Under the pieces are notes generated by a model that was not told the origin of the DNA, ran no database searches, and saw only the letters and a program-made list of their open reading frames with translations. 64,000 bases of DNA, taken from the IMG/VR virus record IMGVR_UViG_3300033153_006744, positions 1 through 64,000 of that record. One strand, written 5' to 3'. The position numbers and the translations under genes are program-made. Shown here one piece after another: positions 39,468-49,873 of this stretch. The first letter of the stretch is position 1. The number at the start of each line of letters is the position of its first letter. Source of the stretch: a virus.

Positions 39468-42400
39468 CTATATTAACATCCATGCAGTGCCAGCAGTATT
39501 AGCTATAATTGTTCTACTGTCTCCTGCTGAAATTTCAACTGTTTCATCTCCATCAATTTCTTCTGTTGAATTTCCATCAAGTGTCACTGTTCCCACTCCA
39601 CTATTTTTAATGTCAAATCTTTTTTTGGTAGCTCCCGCAACAGCTTGAAGATTTACCGTTAATGTTGCAGTGCATTCTAACACATCGTTTGCATTTGTTA
39701 ATCCATATGTTGTTGCTGTACTTATTACACTTAATTCACCTGTTTCATCTACAACAGATGAAGGTCTAAATGGAAGAACAATTAAGGTATTAGCATCTAC
39801 AGCAAATAAAATAGGGTTAGAAAAACTTCCTGTTCCTGGTTCTGTTGCAGTTAATCCACCAGCTACACTATCGCTAACAAAATAATATTCTCCAATTGTC
39901 AAGCCATGTGACGTTATTGTTGTTTTTCCTACCAATGTTGCTACAAAATTATTAGTATCTATAACTTCAGTTACAATTAACATTCCCAAGGTTTCAGCAT
40001 CATCAGCTTGAGCCTCTGTATATATGGTTCCATTATGATAAATTGCATCTAAAACTGATAATCCATGTGTTGATTGGTTAACATTAAATTTAGTAGATTC
40101 ATTGTTATCAACAACAAACTTTCTATTTGGTATAACGTCATCACTTGTTACAAGGTCTTCATAATCAGTTACTCCAGCAACATTTAGCGTGCCATCAGCC
40201 TTAACAACAAATTCATCTGTATTTATTTGTAATGAATTTCCTGTGCCAGCATTATTTATTTCGACTGCATTTGGATTATTTGTTACATCATTTTGATTTA
40301 TTATCAATCCTGGTTTATCCTCATCATCAGCCACTGTTGCTTCAAGCCTAGCGGTTCCTGTATTTGCTCCTACATATAAATCATCCATAAAATAACTATA
40401 AAAATTAGCCCACAAGGAAATCCAAGTAGTTCCAGATGCATCATTAATTTTTATTCTTCCATCGCCAACACCGTTTTCAATTAACTCAACAATTTTATTA
40501 GAACTTCCACTTGTTTCTACGCTAATAACAGTTGTGTCATTTGCGGTAGATTTTACATTAAATTCATCTATTAAATACTTTCCTGCTTTTGCTAAAAATC
40601 GTGTATTGCCGCCATCGCCAGTGCTTAATACATAGGTGTTGTCATCTGTGTATGCGGCCCCATCAGCTTCGTACCTGTACCAAGCCTCTGTTTCTACTAC
40701 ATAAACCATATCGCCGTCAGTATGCCCTCCTGAAGCTTCAGCGTTTGCGACAGTTGTAAATAATCCATAATGTTGATTGTTGTTTGCTGCACCACCTTGT
40801 ACGTTACTCAAATTATTATGATCCGTGATGGGTGCTGCTACAAATTGTTTTGTAAACGCACTATCAATTTGCTCTGCCGTGCTATCTCCAGATCCAACTA
40901 TAATTCTACCAACTAGAACTGCATGACTTGTAATAACCTCAGGTAAATTCCCAGGAGGTTGCGATGTTTGAGCATTTACTAGTGTATAACTTTCAGATCC
41001 TAAAACATAATATACATGAGGATCACTTTCAACGCCCTGATAAACAAAAACAACGCCATAACCTGGTCCAGATAAAGTTTGCAAATCAGTCCCATCATCA
41101 TATTGGCTGTTATTATAGGTGGTTTCATCTGATTTAGTCCAAACGCCTGACACGTGATACCAAAATTCACACTGATCTGTACTTGAATTTGTAGCTGGAA
41201 TTAATGTTCTATTTCCACCCACCCAAATTACACCATTTGTTGTTGTTATATATCTAGTTGCAGCCTCTCCTAGTGCAACACCACTTTCATGAGCAAAGCG
41301 ATCAGTTTTTACAAGTCTTGCATGTAGTTTGTTAACAAGCCCCGTTCCAACTTGACCCCACTCAAGCACTTCAAGCGTTGTTCCAGAGCGATAAATTGTA
41401 TAAACTGGAATTACATCAGATTCATTTATTTCCAAAACATTTAATGTAACTCTAAAAATAGGGCTTCCAGAATTATAATCAGCAACAACGTAGTTTGTGT
41501 CTAAGTCAGTTAAAACTTGATCATCCAATCCAATTAGTCCATACTGTTTCATGTCACCTGTAAAATCATTTGTTTGAAATAAGTTTGCAACCCCATCACC
41601 TACGTCAATCGAGCCATCAGGGTTTTTTGTTAAACCGGGGTCATAAACCATTCCTGAAGAATTAAGGTTTTGAAAACCTATGCCACCTATTTTACCCCTA
41701 GTGTTTATTTGAAAAAACTCAGCATCAACATCGTCAGTTAAGTCTGTAGTCCCCTCTTTTATTATTAAGTATGCCAAAGGTATAGCACCCTTTGAATCTG
41801 CTGGAACTATAAAGTCAATTGTGGGCAAGGCCGCCTTAGCTTCACTTAAAAGATTAAATATTTGCTGCCCATATAGCACTTCTACTGTACCTTGTGCAAA
41901 CATGGAAATTCTTTGTACTGTAAACTTGCCTGAAGGTACCGATGCAATAGCTGAAGACCCGTCATCATAATTGTCAGGGTCAATTTGTGTGGCAGCAACT
42001 GTTACATCTGTACCGTCACCAAGTTTATAATTAAATGGATTTATTGGAGTTTGAGCAGCACTTCCTTGAACATGAGGACTTTTGCCATTTGTTCTAGCAT
42101 TTACACCACTTCTAAAAACATTTCCAATAAGTTTTTTAATTTGTAAATCTGTTGTATTTGGTTCAACCTTGTTTCCATCTACTGAAAAAGCACCCCATGT
42201 TTCAAAAAAATCTTGAACTGAAGAACCTGGATTATGTACAAAGTTTGTTGGGGTGTTAACGAACAAGACAATATCATTAGAATCATTTCTAGCAACAACT
42301 CCCAAATCTATAGTGTTTCTTCTTTGCTCAGGTGTTCCTAATTGAGATCTTTCAATCAAGGCTCCAGTCTCATCTATCGACAAAAATATAGCAACAACAT

Positions 42401-43784
42401 CTCCTGCAGAAGCAGTTGTTGTTAGATCATAAGAATCAAAAGAATCCCATGAAATAGGAGTGTAAACTGGATTGTCTGGGTCTGTGGTGGTATCAATAAT
42501 TTGACCTGAACCAGCAGTTATATCAATAAGAGCATTATCGCCACCATATATAGATATGACACCGCCATCAATCAATCCAGTTGAAAGATTATACGCGTTG
42601 TCAACAATCCAACTTGTACCATTATAATTATGTCTATTATTTGAACTTGAATCAAATGTTGTAATGCCCTCGCCTACAACAGAAACATCAGTTACAACAA
42701 CCCACGTACCACTTGTGCGCTCAACAACATCATTATCGCCAACCCCTGTTATTGTTCCCCAGTTAGCATGAAGAGAGCCCGTGTTTGATTGTAATATATA
42801 TCTTTGCCCATCTGCTCCTGCAGGTAATCCTACACCTGGAGCTGTTGTAGTTGCGTCAATAACTAATGCATTAACAGGGTTTGTGAAAAATGGGCTACCA
42901 CTTCCGCCAGCTGTATCGTCAACATATTTTTTACTCGCAAAGGCTTCATCGTTTGTTCCCATGTTAGTTGTGCTAGTATATCCAGCTGTATCGCCAATTT
43001 CAACTTTTTGCGTTGGAGAATTTGCGAAAAGTCCAAGTCTTTTGCTTATATCATCCCAGAATATTTCAGTGTTTTCAGTGTGCTTGTATTCACTATCTCC
43101 AGCATGCCAGAAAACCATCTGACCATCTGCAGACCCATCTTCCACATTTACATATGCAGCACCCAATTGATTTATTGCACTTTTTAAATCTCTAGTTCCA
43201 TTTAAAGAACCAGCAGAGAATAAATATCTACAACCTTCGTAATACGTTGCAACAACATTGGCGTCACCACTGCCTTTTGTAACTTTTATCCCTAATAGCT
43301 TAACTTTATCAATATTTGATTCTGGATCTTGAGCATCACCCTCAGTGGCTTCAGTTTCTTGCTCTAAAAACATTCTGTTGTATTCACGAGTTGGCTCTTG
43401 CTCTCCGGTTGCTGGGTTTAATGCATAACTATCGTGTTCTTTAGATAAGTTAAGGTAAACGCTATAAAAATAATCTCCATCGCCCAATCCATCCATATCT
43501 ATTTCTAATCTATATTGAGCATCTTTATCCCACTTCATCATTACGCTATCTATGTCAAACCAAAAGGCATCTTCATTTCTTTGTTTAAATACTAACTTTA
43601 AAATATCTGTATCATAATCTTCTTTTATCACATCCATATTGCTAACTGTTATTTCTGTAATAGCTCCTATTGCACCAGCTAATTTTGCAAGTATATCTAA
43701 TCCATTTGTCGTCATAGAATCGTACAGAAAATTCATATCATCCGCATCAACTACATAACCATTAAAAAAGTTTCCTCTACTCAT
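39468..43784 (-). CDS. Large mosaic tail fibre / virion protein (1438 aa)
   Basis: Acidic, G/T-rich and modular; ASKKYVD and PNRKFVV fibre motifs, DGQRYIL module, duplicated ...YDDG... domains. Confidence 0.7.
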   Translation of the reverse strand: MSRGNFFNGYVVDADDMNFLYDSMTTNGLDILAKLAGAIGAITEITVSNMDVIKEDYDTDILKLVFKQRNEDAFWFDIDSVMMKWDKDAQYRLEIDMDGLGDGDYFYSVYLNLSKEHDSYALNPATGEQEPTREYNRMFLEQETEATEGDAQDPESNIDKVKLLGIKVTKGSGDANVVATYYEGCRYLFSAGSLNGTRDLKSAINQLGAAYVNVEDGSADGQMVFWHAGDSEYKHTENTEIFWDDISKRLGLFANSPTQKVEIGDTAGYTSTTNMGTNDEAFASKKYVDDTAGGSGSPFFTNPVNALVIDATTTAPGVGLPAGADGQRYILQSNTGSLHANWGTITGVGDNDVVERTSGTWVVVTDVSVVGEGITTFDSSSNNRHNYNGTSWIVDNAYNLSTGLIDGGVISIYGGDNALIDITAGSGQIIDTTTDPDNPVYTPISWDSFDSYDLTTTASAGDVVAIFLSIDETGALIERSQLGTPEQRRNTIDLGVVARNDSNDIVLFVNTPTNFVHNPGSSVQDFFETWGAFSVDGNKVEPNTTDLQIKKLIGNVFRSGVNARTNGKSPHVQGSAAQTPINPFNYKLGDGTDVTVAATQIDPDNYDDGSSAIASVPSGKFTVQRISMFAQGTVEVLYGQQIFNLLSEAKAALPTIDFIVPADSKGAIPLAYLIIKEGTTDLTDDVDAEFFQINTRGKIGGIGFQNLNSSGMVYDPGLTKNPDGSIDVGDGVANLFQTNDFTGDMKQYGLIGLDDQVLTDLDTNYVVADYNSGSPIFRVTLNVLEINESDVIPVYTIYRSGTTLEVLEWGQVGTGLVNKLHARLVKTDRFAHESGVALGEAATRYITTTNGVIWVGGNRTLIPATNSSTDQCEFWYHVSGVWTKSDETTYNNSQYDDGTDLQTLSGPGYGVVFVYQGVESDPHVYYVLGSESYTLVNAQTSQPPGNLPEVITSHAVLVGRIIVGSGDSTAEQIDSAFTKQFVAAPITDHNNLSNVQGGAANNNQHYGLFTTVANAEASGGHTDGDMVYVVETEAWYRYEADGAAYTDDNTYVLSTGDGGNTRFLAKAGKYLIDEFNVKSTANDTTVISVETSGSSNKIVELIENGVGDGRIKINDASGTTWISLWANFYSYFMDDLYVGANTGTARLEATVADDEDKPGLIINQNDVTNNPNAVEINNAGTGNSLQINTDEFVVKADGTLNVAGVTDYEDLVTSDDVIPNRKFVVDNNESTKFNVNQSTHGLSVLDAIYHNGTIYTEAQADDAETLGMLIVTEVIDTNNFVATLVGKTTITSHGLTIGEYYFVSDSVAGGLTATEPGTGSFSNPILFAVDANTLIVLPFRPSSVVDETGELSVISTATTYGLTNANDVLECTATLTVNLQAVAGATKKRFDIKNSGVGTVTLDGNSTEEIDGDETVEISAGDSRTIIANTAGTAWMLI

Positions 43785-43791
43785 TTTTCAC

Positions 43792-44214
43792 CTACTTCTT
43801 TTTTGAATTTAAAGCTTTTTTTACACTTTCCAAATACTTGTTCATGTCGTCAATATGAAAATTAGCTTCATCCATCGTCATATCTAAAACATCTTTTCTG
43901 CTAAATCCTGCACTTATACCATTATATAAACTTCTAACTAGTTTTGCTATAAGCCTGTATATGTCTTCTTGCTTAAAGCCTATATACAAGTGCCTTATGG
44001 CAGACCTAATCTTAAAATCATTCATAAATACATTGCTATGAATTATTTGTAAATTTTTACTGAAGGGTAATTCTTGTATTCTTTTAACAATTTTGCGTGT
44101 TCTTTGCGTAAGTCCATCGATGGAATAAGAGCCTGTATTGAAAAAGGGAGCTTTATACTCCATTTTTGTTTGCATTCTGGACAAGTAACACCTACTTTGC
44201 CAAGAAAACCACAA
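43792..44214 (-). CDS. Second tail-assembly chaperone ORF (possible -1 frameshift extension or separate small gene)
   Basis: Overlaps 44043-44885 in the -1 frame; C-terminal GFSRKDVLDMTMDE resembles chaperone tails. Confidence 0.55.
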   Translation of the reverse strand: MWFSWQSRCYLSRMQTKMEYKAPFFNTGSYSIDGLTQRTRKIVKRIQELPFSKNLQIIHSNVFMNDFKIRSAIRHLYIGFKQEDIYRLIAKLVRSLYNGISAGFSRKDVLDMTMDEANFHIDDMNKYLESVKKALNSKKK

Positions 44215-44885
44215 TCAAATTGATCTATTATAGCAGCTAGTTCAAACATTGTGTCGCCATCTAATTTTTTTAAGAAGCTATTTAGATCATTTTTTTCTAC
44301 ACCCGCTATTTCATCTATTGCAACCATTAAAGGTACATGCATACCACTTCCGTATTGTTTAATTAAATCATTTAATTTTTCTTCATCTTTCGCTATAACC
44401 ATGTGCCATGTTATTTTTCCAACACTAGAATCATCTATTCTCTTGTTTCCTTCTTGCAACATTTTAACACCCTCTGCACTCAGGAAAGTTCTTTCATTTA
44501 AAATGTCTTCTAAACTTAACTCTCTTACAAAAGGCATCCCGCCAAATTTACATGTTTTTCTAATACAATGTTGCTCAAATAAATAAGGTGATTTTTTAAA
44601 GTTTATCAGCCTTAGTATTACCATTAAATCTACAAAGTCAGCTCCAGTACATTCTTCTACTTTAAAGCCACCGCCTTTATAACTTGAATTAACAACTTTG
44701 ATAATACTAAGGCTAACATATTGATAAACAGCTTGCAAAAGTTCAGCATCATCCTTTTCAGATAATGTATTTATTTCTGCGACTGTTAATTTTTTAACTT
44801 CTAATTCTGTCCTTGAAGATAATTTATAAATGCTACCACTTTTAATTTCTATGTCTTCTTTTTTAATTTCTAATTTGTGCTCCAT
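44043..44885 (-). CDS. Tail/baseplate assembly chaperone (T4 gp26-like)
   Basis: KKLTVAE, GADFVDLMVILR, CIRKTC and CPEC; follows the tube gene. Confidence 0.7.
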   Translation of the reverse strand: MEHKLEIKKEDIEIKSGSIYKLSSRTELEVKKLTVAEINTLSEKDDAELLQAVYQYVSLSIIKVVNSSYKGGGFKVEECTGADFVDLMVILRLINFKKSPYLFEQHCIRKTCKFGGMPFVRELSLEDILNERTFLSAEGVKMLQEGNKRIDDSSVGKITWHMVIAKDEEKLNDLIKQYGSGMHVPLMVAIDEIAGVEKNDLNSFLKKLDGDTMFELAAIIDQFDCGFLGKVGVTCPECKQKWSIKLPFSIQALIPSMDLRKEHAKLLKEYKNYPSVKIYK

Positions 44886-44912
44886 TAATCATTCTCCATA
44901 ATTATTTAATTT

Positions 44913-45368
44913 TTAAGATAAGTTTAATCTTTTTGCATAAGAATATGCTAAAGAAAAGTTTTCAGTTGCTGCATCAGTGTTGCCAGTATCTCCGCCGCTT
45001 TCGCCATATTTAGAATAACAAGCACCGAATAATCTCCAGCCTTCTTTTTCAACACCGTTTGCATCAGTCCTAATTAAATCAACTGTAAATAGTGCCCCGC
45101 TTATGTTACCGCCAGACTCTGGACTTACTGGAGTTCTTGACTCAAAGTCATCCCAAAGGCTTTGATCTTTTACTAAAGCGTTTGTAACGTCAATGGGTGT
45201 CCATGTTGCATCAACAGGTTCAACATGTGGATGTGGTCGACCACCCATTTTTACAGTCATTATGCTTGCTTCAACTTCAGGGAATCCCATAGTTAAAGCT
45301 GTTAAGATCTCTCTTCCATCTATTCTCATCTTAAAATATCTATTTGTATAAAATTTTGAATCAGCCAT
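44913..45368 (-). CDS. Tail tube protein (T4 gp19-like)
   Basis: 151 aa after sheath; WRLFGACYSKY...ATENFSLAY. Confidence 0.85.
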   Translation of the reverse strand: MADSKFYTNRYFKMRIDGREILTALTMGFPEVEASIMTVKMGGRPHPHVEPVDATWTPIDVTNALVKDQSLWDDFESRTPVSPESGGNISGALFTVDLIRTDANGVEKEGWRLFGACYSKYGESGGDTGNTDAATENFSLAYSYAKRLNLS

Positions 45369-45382
45369 TTTAAACTCCTATA

Positions 45383-46969
45383 TTATTTCATTCTTGCAAC
45401 TCTTAAAGTAATAAATAGCGCAGGATCACCTAATGCAACTTGAACATCAGCCGTTAACCTACCCTCTCTTAATAAATTAGGTGGATTAAGGTCTTCACCT
45501 ACATCTACGATATAAGCTTCGCTAGGTTTTGTGCTTGCAAAGAAACCATCATCCCTATATACATCAACTATATCTTCTATATCTAATTCTATTTGTTTTA
45601 AATCATTTGTAGAAATTGTCTTATGTCTAATGTTTCTGTTTAAAACAGCACCAATCTCTCTTTCAAGTCTAATTAATGTTCTAAGGTTTGCAACCCAATC
45701 AATGTTTCCAGTCATATCCATTAATTTTTCACCTTCAATAACAGTTGATTCAGCATCACTATCAAAGATTAAGCAATTAACATTATATGGGAATAAAGCA
45801 TCAGTTACTTTTTTATAATTAGCTTCAATTCTTGTAACGCCTTTTATATCTGGATCTTGCAATAATCCATTTATTAATCCAGCTGCATTTTCACTAGTTC
45901 CGTTTAATAGTTCTCTATCTAATCTAACATATCTACCTAATACATGTGCAGTTGGATCATAATTAATGTTTCCATCAGCATCAGAAGTATAGACGTTTGT
46001 ATCTGGATTAGCTATTTTCAACCAAGGCCAGAAATAAGCTAAATTAAAAGAAAACTCATTATATGTTCCTTGCATTAATGTTTTAGTAGCTGCTGGTGTA
46101 GCTGATGCACTTAAATCTGCAATAGGCATAAATATAGTGCTTTCTCTAACAACTTCTATGTAATTCTTTATCTCTGTTATGCTTGCTATATCTAAAGCTT
46201 CAGGATAAGCTATTGCCGTTACGTCTTCCCCTCTATCAACATATCTAATTCCAGTTATGTTGGTTCCGGCTTCATCGGTATATCCTTTTACATCATCGCT
46301 ATCTAAACTTGTTACCCCATCATCTCCACCAGCTAATGTGTAATCAGCTAAAACAGGAGTATCAACGAGAACATCAGATAAGTCGACACCTTCAACAAAG
46401 TCATGACCATTAAATTCATCATTAAATTTAGTGAGCCAATAATTTTCTGTATCAGATAACAAGCAGCTTACATTAGCCCATTTTCTAAACCCACCGTCAA
46501 CTGTATCTAAAACAATAATGTTAAAACGATCTGCATCACCATCGTCTGGAGCTTCTAATGTCACCCTAAATCTAACAGGCCAAGTTCCCGCCTCTTTTCC
46601 TTGGAACTTAAATCTAGCAAATGGAGCAACATTTGTATCATCTGCAGTTATTTCACTTACAACATCTGTTGCTGTTGCTGGATCTGTAACATCAGTATAA
46701 TGCACTAACTTAACGCCATAACATTTTGTTGGTTTAATTGGACTTGCTTCTTTGAAAAATCTTTCAACATACTTATAAAGCGTTGCGTTTGCATGGTGTC
46801 CACCATATGCTTTATAGGCCTCATCTAATGTTTTAAATTCTGTTAAATCTAAAGGGCCATACGCTGAAGTTCCAACAAAAACAGGTACGGCGTGAGATTG
46901 CAAAGAATTAAGAGATGTATCTTTTTTGTTTACAATTTTACCTTGTACTTTTGAACCCTTGAATTCCAT
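45383..46969 (-). CDS. Tail sheath protein
   Basis: PVFVGTSAYGP, LAGGDDG, AYFWPWLKI, NVNCL and PALFITLRV. Confidence 0.92.
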   Translation of the reverse strand: MEFKGSKVQGKIVNKKDTSLNSLQSHAVPVFVGTSAYGPLDLTEFKTLDEAYKAYGGHHANATLYKYVERFFKEASPIKPTKCYGVKLVHYTDVTDPATATDVVSEITADDTNVAPFARFKFQGKEAGTWPVRFRVTLEAPDDGDADRFNIIVLDTVDGGFRKWANVSCLLSDTENYWLTKFNDEFNGHDFVEGVDLSDVLVDTPVLADYTLAGGDDGVTSLDSDDVKGYTDEAGTNITGIRYVDRGEDVTAIAYPEALDIASITEIKNYIEVVRESTIFMPIADLSASATPAATKTLMQGTYNEFSFNLAYFWPWLKIANPDTNVYTSDADGNINYDPTAHVLGRYVRLDRELLNGTSENAAGLINGLLQDPDIKGVTRIEANYKKVTDALFPYNVNCLIFDSDAESTVIEGEKLMDMTGNIDWVANLRTLIRLEREIGAVLNRNIRHKTISTNDLKQIELDIEDIVDVYRDDGFFASTKPSEAYIVDVGEDLNPPNLLREGRLTADVQVALGDPALFITLRVARMK

Positions 46970-46978
46970 TTATTCCTC

Positions 46979-47269
46979 CTATTTGATTACTTTAAACTCA
47001 TTTTCTTTAAGTTTAATTTTTAATTTATCTAGAGATCCTATTAAAATTGTTGTCTTATTGTATTCTATCTTTAACATTTTAAAGGATTTATTTTTAAAGA
47101 ATCCTGTTGTAATATTATATTCCCATCCATCACCTTCAACTATTTTCATTTCACTTTTAGGTACATTCTTTTTTTCTCTTTCTTTCTTGTCTTTTTTTTC
47201 TTGTTTAGCAAGCTCTTCTTTTATTGTAATTTCCTTTTTCTTTTTTTTAGTCATCTTTTCTCTCCACAT
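46979..47269 (-). CDS. Small lysine-rich protein
   Basis: Packed ORF between tail terminator and sheath. Confidence 0.45.
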   Translation of the reverse strand: MWREKMTKKKKKEITIKEELAKQEKKDKKEREKKNVPKSEMKIVEGDGWEYNITTGFFKNKSFKMLKIEYNKTTILIGSLDKLKIKLKENEFKVIK

Positions 47270-48161
47270 TTAATGTTATATCTGTAATTTCATCATAAAC
47301 ATCTTTTATAACTTTATCGTAACTTGTAATAGGAATTCTATATATAATTATATCTAAAGAATCTGAAGGATAATTATCATTTCCAACTGTAAAGTTATTA
47401 TATTGCTCTATTTCCCATTCGTAATCAATGTCATCATGATTAAAAGAAGGCATCTTATTTCTTAAATCATATATTATCCTATTCTTTAACCTTAAAACTA
47501 TCTGTGGAGATTGAGACCAAAACATTATTCTTAATGTTATATCTTGTAGTCTTTCTCTAGCATTCTTATATAAGTCATTGACCCCCTGAACATCATCAGC
47601 TGGCAAAAACATCACATCGGCTGGAGTTACGCCAACCAAGCTAACCACAGAGCCAGTATCACTCATTTTGCTTAACTCTTGTCCAGATGTTTCACTCATA
47701 TAATCTTGGCTTCTATATAAAAAAGTTTCATGTAACCAAAATGTTTTTAGTTTCTTTATGAAAGTTTTTATTATATTTTCAACATCACACGCTTGTTCAT
47801 TTTCATCAGGCATTTCGTAAGTCCAAGAGTCTGTTTCTGTTACTGTTTCACCTGGTATAGGATCTAAATTGTCATCTAAGTTAGTAATGATTATATCTCC
47901 AAGCAAAGGAAACTTAGAAGGAGCACCTTTTTCATCTGTCCATGGGTCAGCATCATAAGCTGGCGTCCATATTCGCAACAAAGCACCATCTTCTAACACA
48001 TCAACTCTATCAGCAACAATGCCTTGAAACTTAACTTCAACAACATGTGGATTGCTGCCCACTGCAGCTATTCTGAAATTAGTGCCTATAATATAGACAA
48101 CATCTTTTCCAAATGTAAGTCCAGAAGGTTGTGAAATACTTGTAAAAGTTGGAACAGCCAT
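47247..48161 (-). CDS. Tail terminator-like protein with N-terminal IPT/TIG domain
   Basis: PTFTSISQPSGLTFGKDVVYIIGTNF is IPT/TIG-like; upstream of sheath. Confidence 0.6.
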   Translation of the reverse strand: MAVPTFTSISQPSGLTFGKDVVYIIGTNFRIAAVGSNPHVVEVKFQGIVADRVDVLEDGALLRIWTPAYDADPWTDEKGAPSKFPLLGDIIITNLDDNLDPIPGETVTETDSWTYEMPDENEQACDVENIIKTFIKKLKTFWLHETFLYRSQDYMSETSGQELSKMSDTGSVVSLVGVTPADVMFLPADDVQGVNDLYKNARERLQDITLRIMFWSQSPQIVLRLKNRIIYDLRNKMPSFNHDDIDYEWEIEQYNNFTVGNDNYPSDSLDIIIYRIPITSYDKVIKDVYDEITDITLNVERKDD

Positions 48162-48712
48162 TACCTTAAACCCTTAGCTTTTAAAGCTCTTAAAGCCTGC
48201 GTTGTAAACAAATGCTCTATATTACCTTTCATCTTTCGATAAATAGGGGCAATAAAAGGTCTAGCAGGGATATTTATTATTTTAAATCTGCCATCTTCGC
48301 CTTTTCTCATAATTGTTTTACCGTGTTCATGAACCCAGGCTATATTAACCATCTTACCTTTTTCGCCATCAGAGTCATATTCTTCATTTCTATGTATTCC
48401 AACAAAAAAAGAGCCTCTTCCTGTACTAGTTAGCCTAATGCTTCTAAGCAATTGCCCATATCTTATTAAAGCTTTGGTTCCCTTAAAGCCCTCTGCCCTT
48501 CTTCTTGCTATTGTTGCTTTAGCTAAGGGTTTAAATCTTTCATTATTGGGGGCTTGACTTCTTATTCCAAGTTTTATTTCTTTTACGGAAAACATTGCTA
48601 AACGTCTTAACACTAAATGCATAACTGGTTTAGCTTGTTTATATATTGTATTTAAAGCCGTTGACGCCTTATCCCAATCACCAAAAACATTTTTACCCAT
48701 ATTAACCCCCAC
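48161..48712 (-). CDS. Virion morphogenesis / tail completion protein (Mu gpG-like)
   Basis: FKPLAKATIARR, KALIRYGQLLRSI, IAWVHEHG, IPARPFI. Confidence 0.85.
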   Translation of the reverse strand: MGVNMGKNVFGDWDKASTALNTIYKQAKPVMHLVLRRLAMFSVKEIKLGIRSQAPNNERFKPLAKATIARRRAEGFKGTKALIRYGQLLRSIRLTSTGRGSFFVGIHRNEEYDSDGEKGKMVNIAWVHEHGKTIMRKGEDGRFKIINIPARPFIAPIYRKMKGNIEHLFTTQALRALKAKGLR

Positions 48713-48719
48713 TTTTTAC

Positions 48720-48748
48720 ATTATGCCAGTGAAATGCTAAAAAGTAAA
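48720..48748 (-). promoter_or_regulatory. Putative promoter restarting tail-gene transcription
   Basis: TTTACT, 17 bp, CATAAT; shares TGGCATAAT with 35921-35949. Confidence 0.45.
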
Positions 48749-48806
48749 GCAATAATTTAATTAAGTTGTTTTTTTTATTGAATTATATTTAGAAATTGTT
48801 GTGAGA

Positions 48807-49391
48807 TTATTCTTTTTTGAAAAGTCCAAGTATCTTGCCAGAGTTCTCGTGTAAATACATCGCAAAGCTAGAACTAAGGATTCCTTCCATGAGAGCAGGT
48901 AACACAGCCATACCATTACCAACGCTATATAATATTGTAGCAGTTATACCTAACACAGACACTACTAAAACTTTTATAACAGGTTTTTGTTTAGACCAAA
49001 ATCCGCCAAACGCCTTAAGTCTCAAAATAGATAGCAATAAAAATATTAAAGACCCAATACCTAATAAGTATTTTTTCTCTTTGAATAAATTGTATGTCTC
49101 CTTGCCATCATCAATAATTTCTTCTTTAGTTGTGTTTTTACTTAGGTCAACATCTTTTAGTTCAGAGCTAACTCCAGCAGCCTTTAATTCATCTGATTTT
49201 TCTTTGTTTTCTTTTTCAACTTCTTTAATATCTTTTGTGATATTAGCAGGAAGTTTCTTTTCAACCTTGGCTTCAATCTCAAGCTCTTTGTTTTCTAAGA
49301 TAGGCTTTGGTACACCCTGTGCAAAAACATCAAATGTAAATGCAACAAAAAATACAGTTACAAGTGTCATAAAATAAAAAGTTCTCTTCAT
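48807..49391 (-). CDS. Membrane protein (signal peptide plus about three TM segments), possibly holin-like
   Basis: N-terminal VFA-Q signal; hydrophobic C-terminal helices. Confidence 0.55.
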   Translation of the reverse strand: MKRTFYFMTLVTVFFVAFTFDVFAQGVPKPILENKELEIEAKVEKKLPANITKDIKEVEKENKEKSDELKAAGVSSELKDVDLSKNTTKEEIIDDGKETYNLFKEKKYLLGIGSLIFLLLSILRLKAFGGFWSKQKPVIKVLVVSVLGITATILYSVGNGMAVLPALMEGILSSSFAMYLHENSGKILGLFKKE

Positions 49392-49405
49392 TTTTTTCTC
49401 CTAAT

Positions 49406-49819
49406 TTAATTAAATAATTGTTTAACTTCGTCATTTTCTTTTTCGTCAAAGTTAAATATTAGTAAATAGTTATTGTTAATATATAATTCAAAGTTAAAAA
49501 TAACATTGTTACGCTTAACTTCTAAATTAAAGCCAAAAACATCAGCCTCGCTTTTGGTAAAGCCTAGTTCGCTTAAGTCTGCTTCTATATCTTGCAGCCT
49601 TAACAGCCTTTCTTTTTCTAGGTTATTAGATCTAGTTGCTTGATCATGTGACATATCTGTCATGCTTTCTGGTTTTGATAGAAAGCCTTTTATTATATCT
49701 TTGTTATAGCTATATATTAAAAGACATATATTGCCTATTAGTATGTAATTATCTTTTTCTTTAATGTATGCCTTCTTAAGCATGTGTTCTAAGTTATCAA
49801 CAGTTCTTTCTTTTGTCAT
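49406..49819 (-). CDS. Hypothetical protein
   Basis: Likely start MTKERT with GGAG RBS. Confidence 0.5.
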   Translation of the reverse strand: MTKERTVDNLEHMLKKAYIKEKDNYILIGNICLLIYSYNKDIIKGFLSKPESMTDMSHDQATRSNNLEKERLLRLQDIEADLSELGFTKSEADVFGFNLEVKRNNVIFNFELYINNNYLLIFNFDEKENDEVKQLFN

Positions 49820-49873
49820 AAAATCTCCGTAAATTAACATTGTATATATAGCATTTGTGCAATAAAAAAGCAA

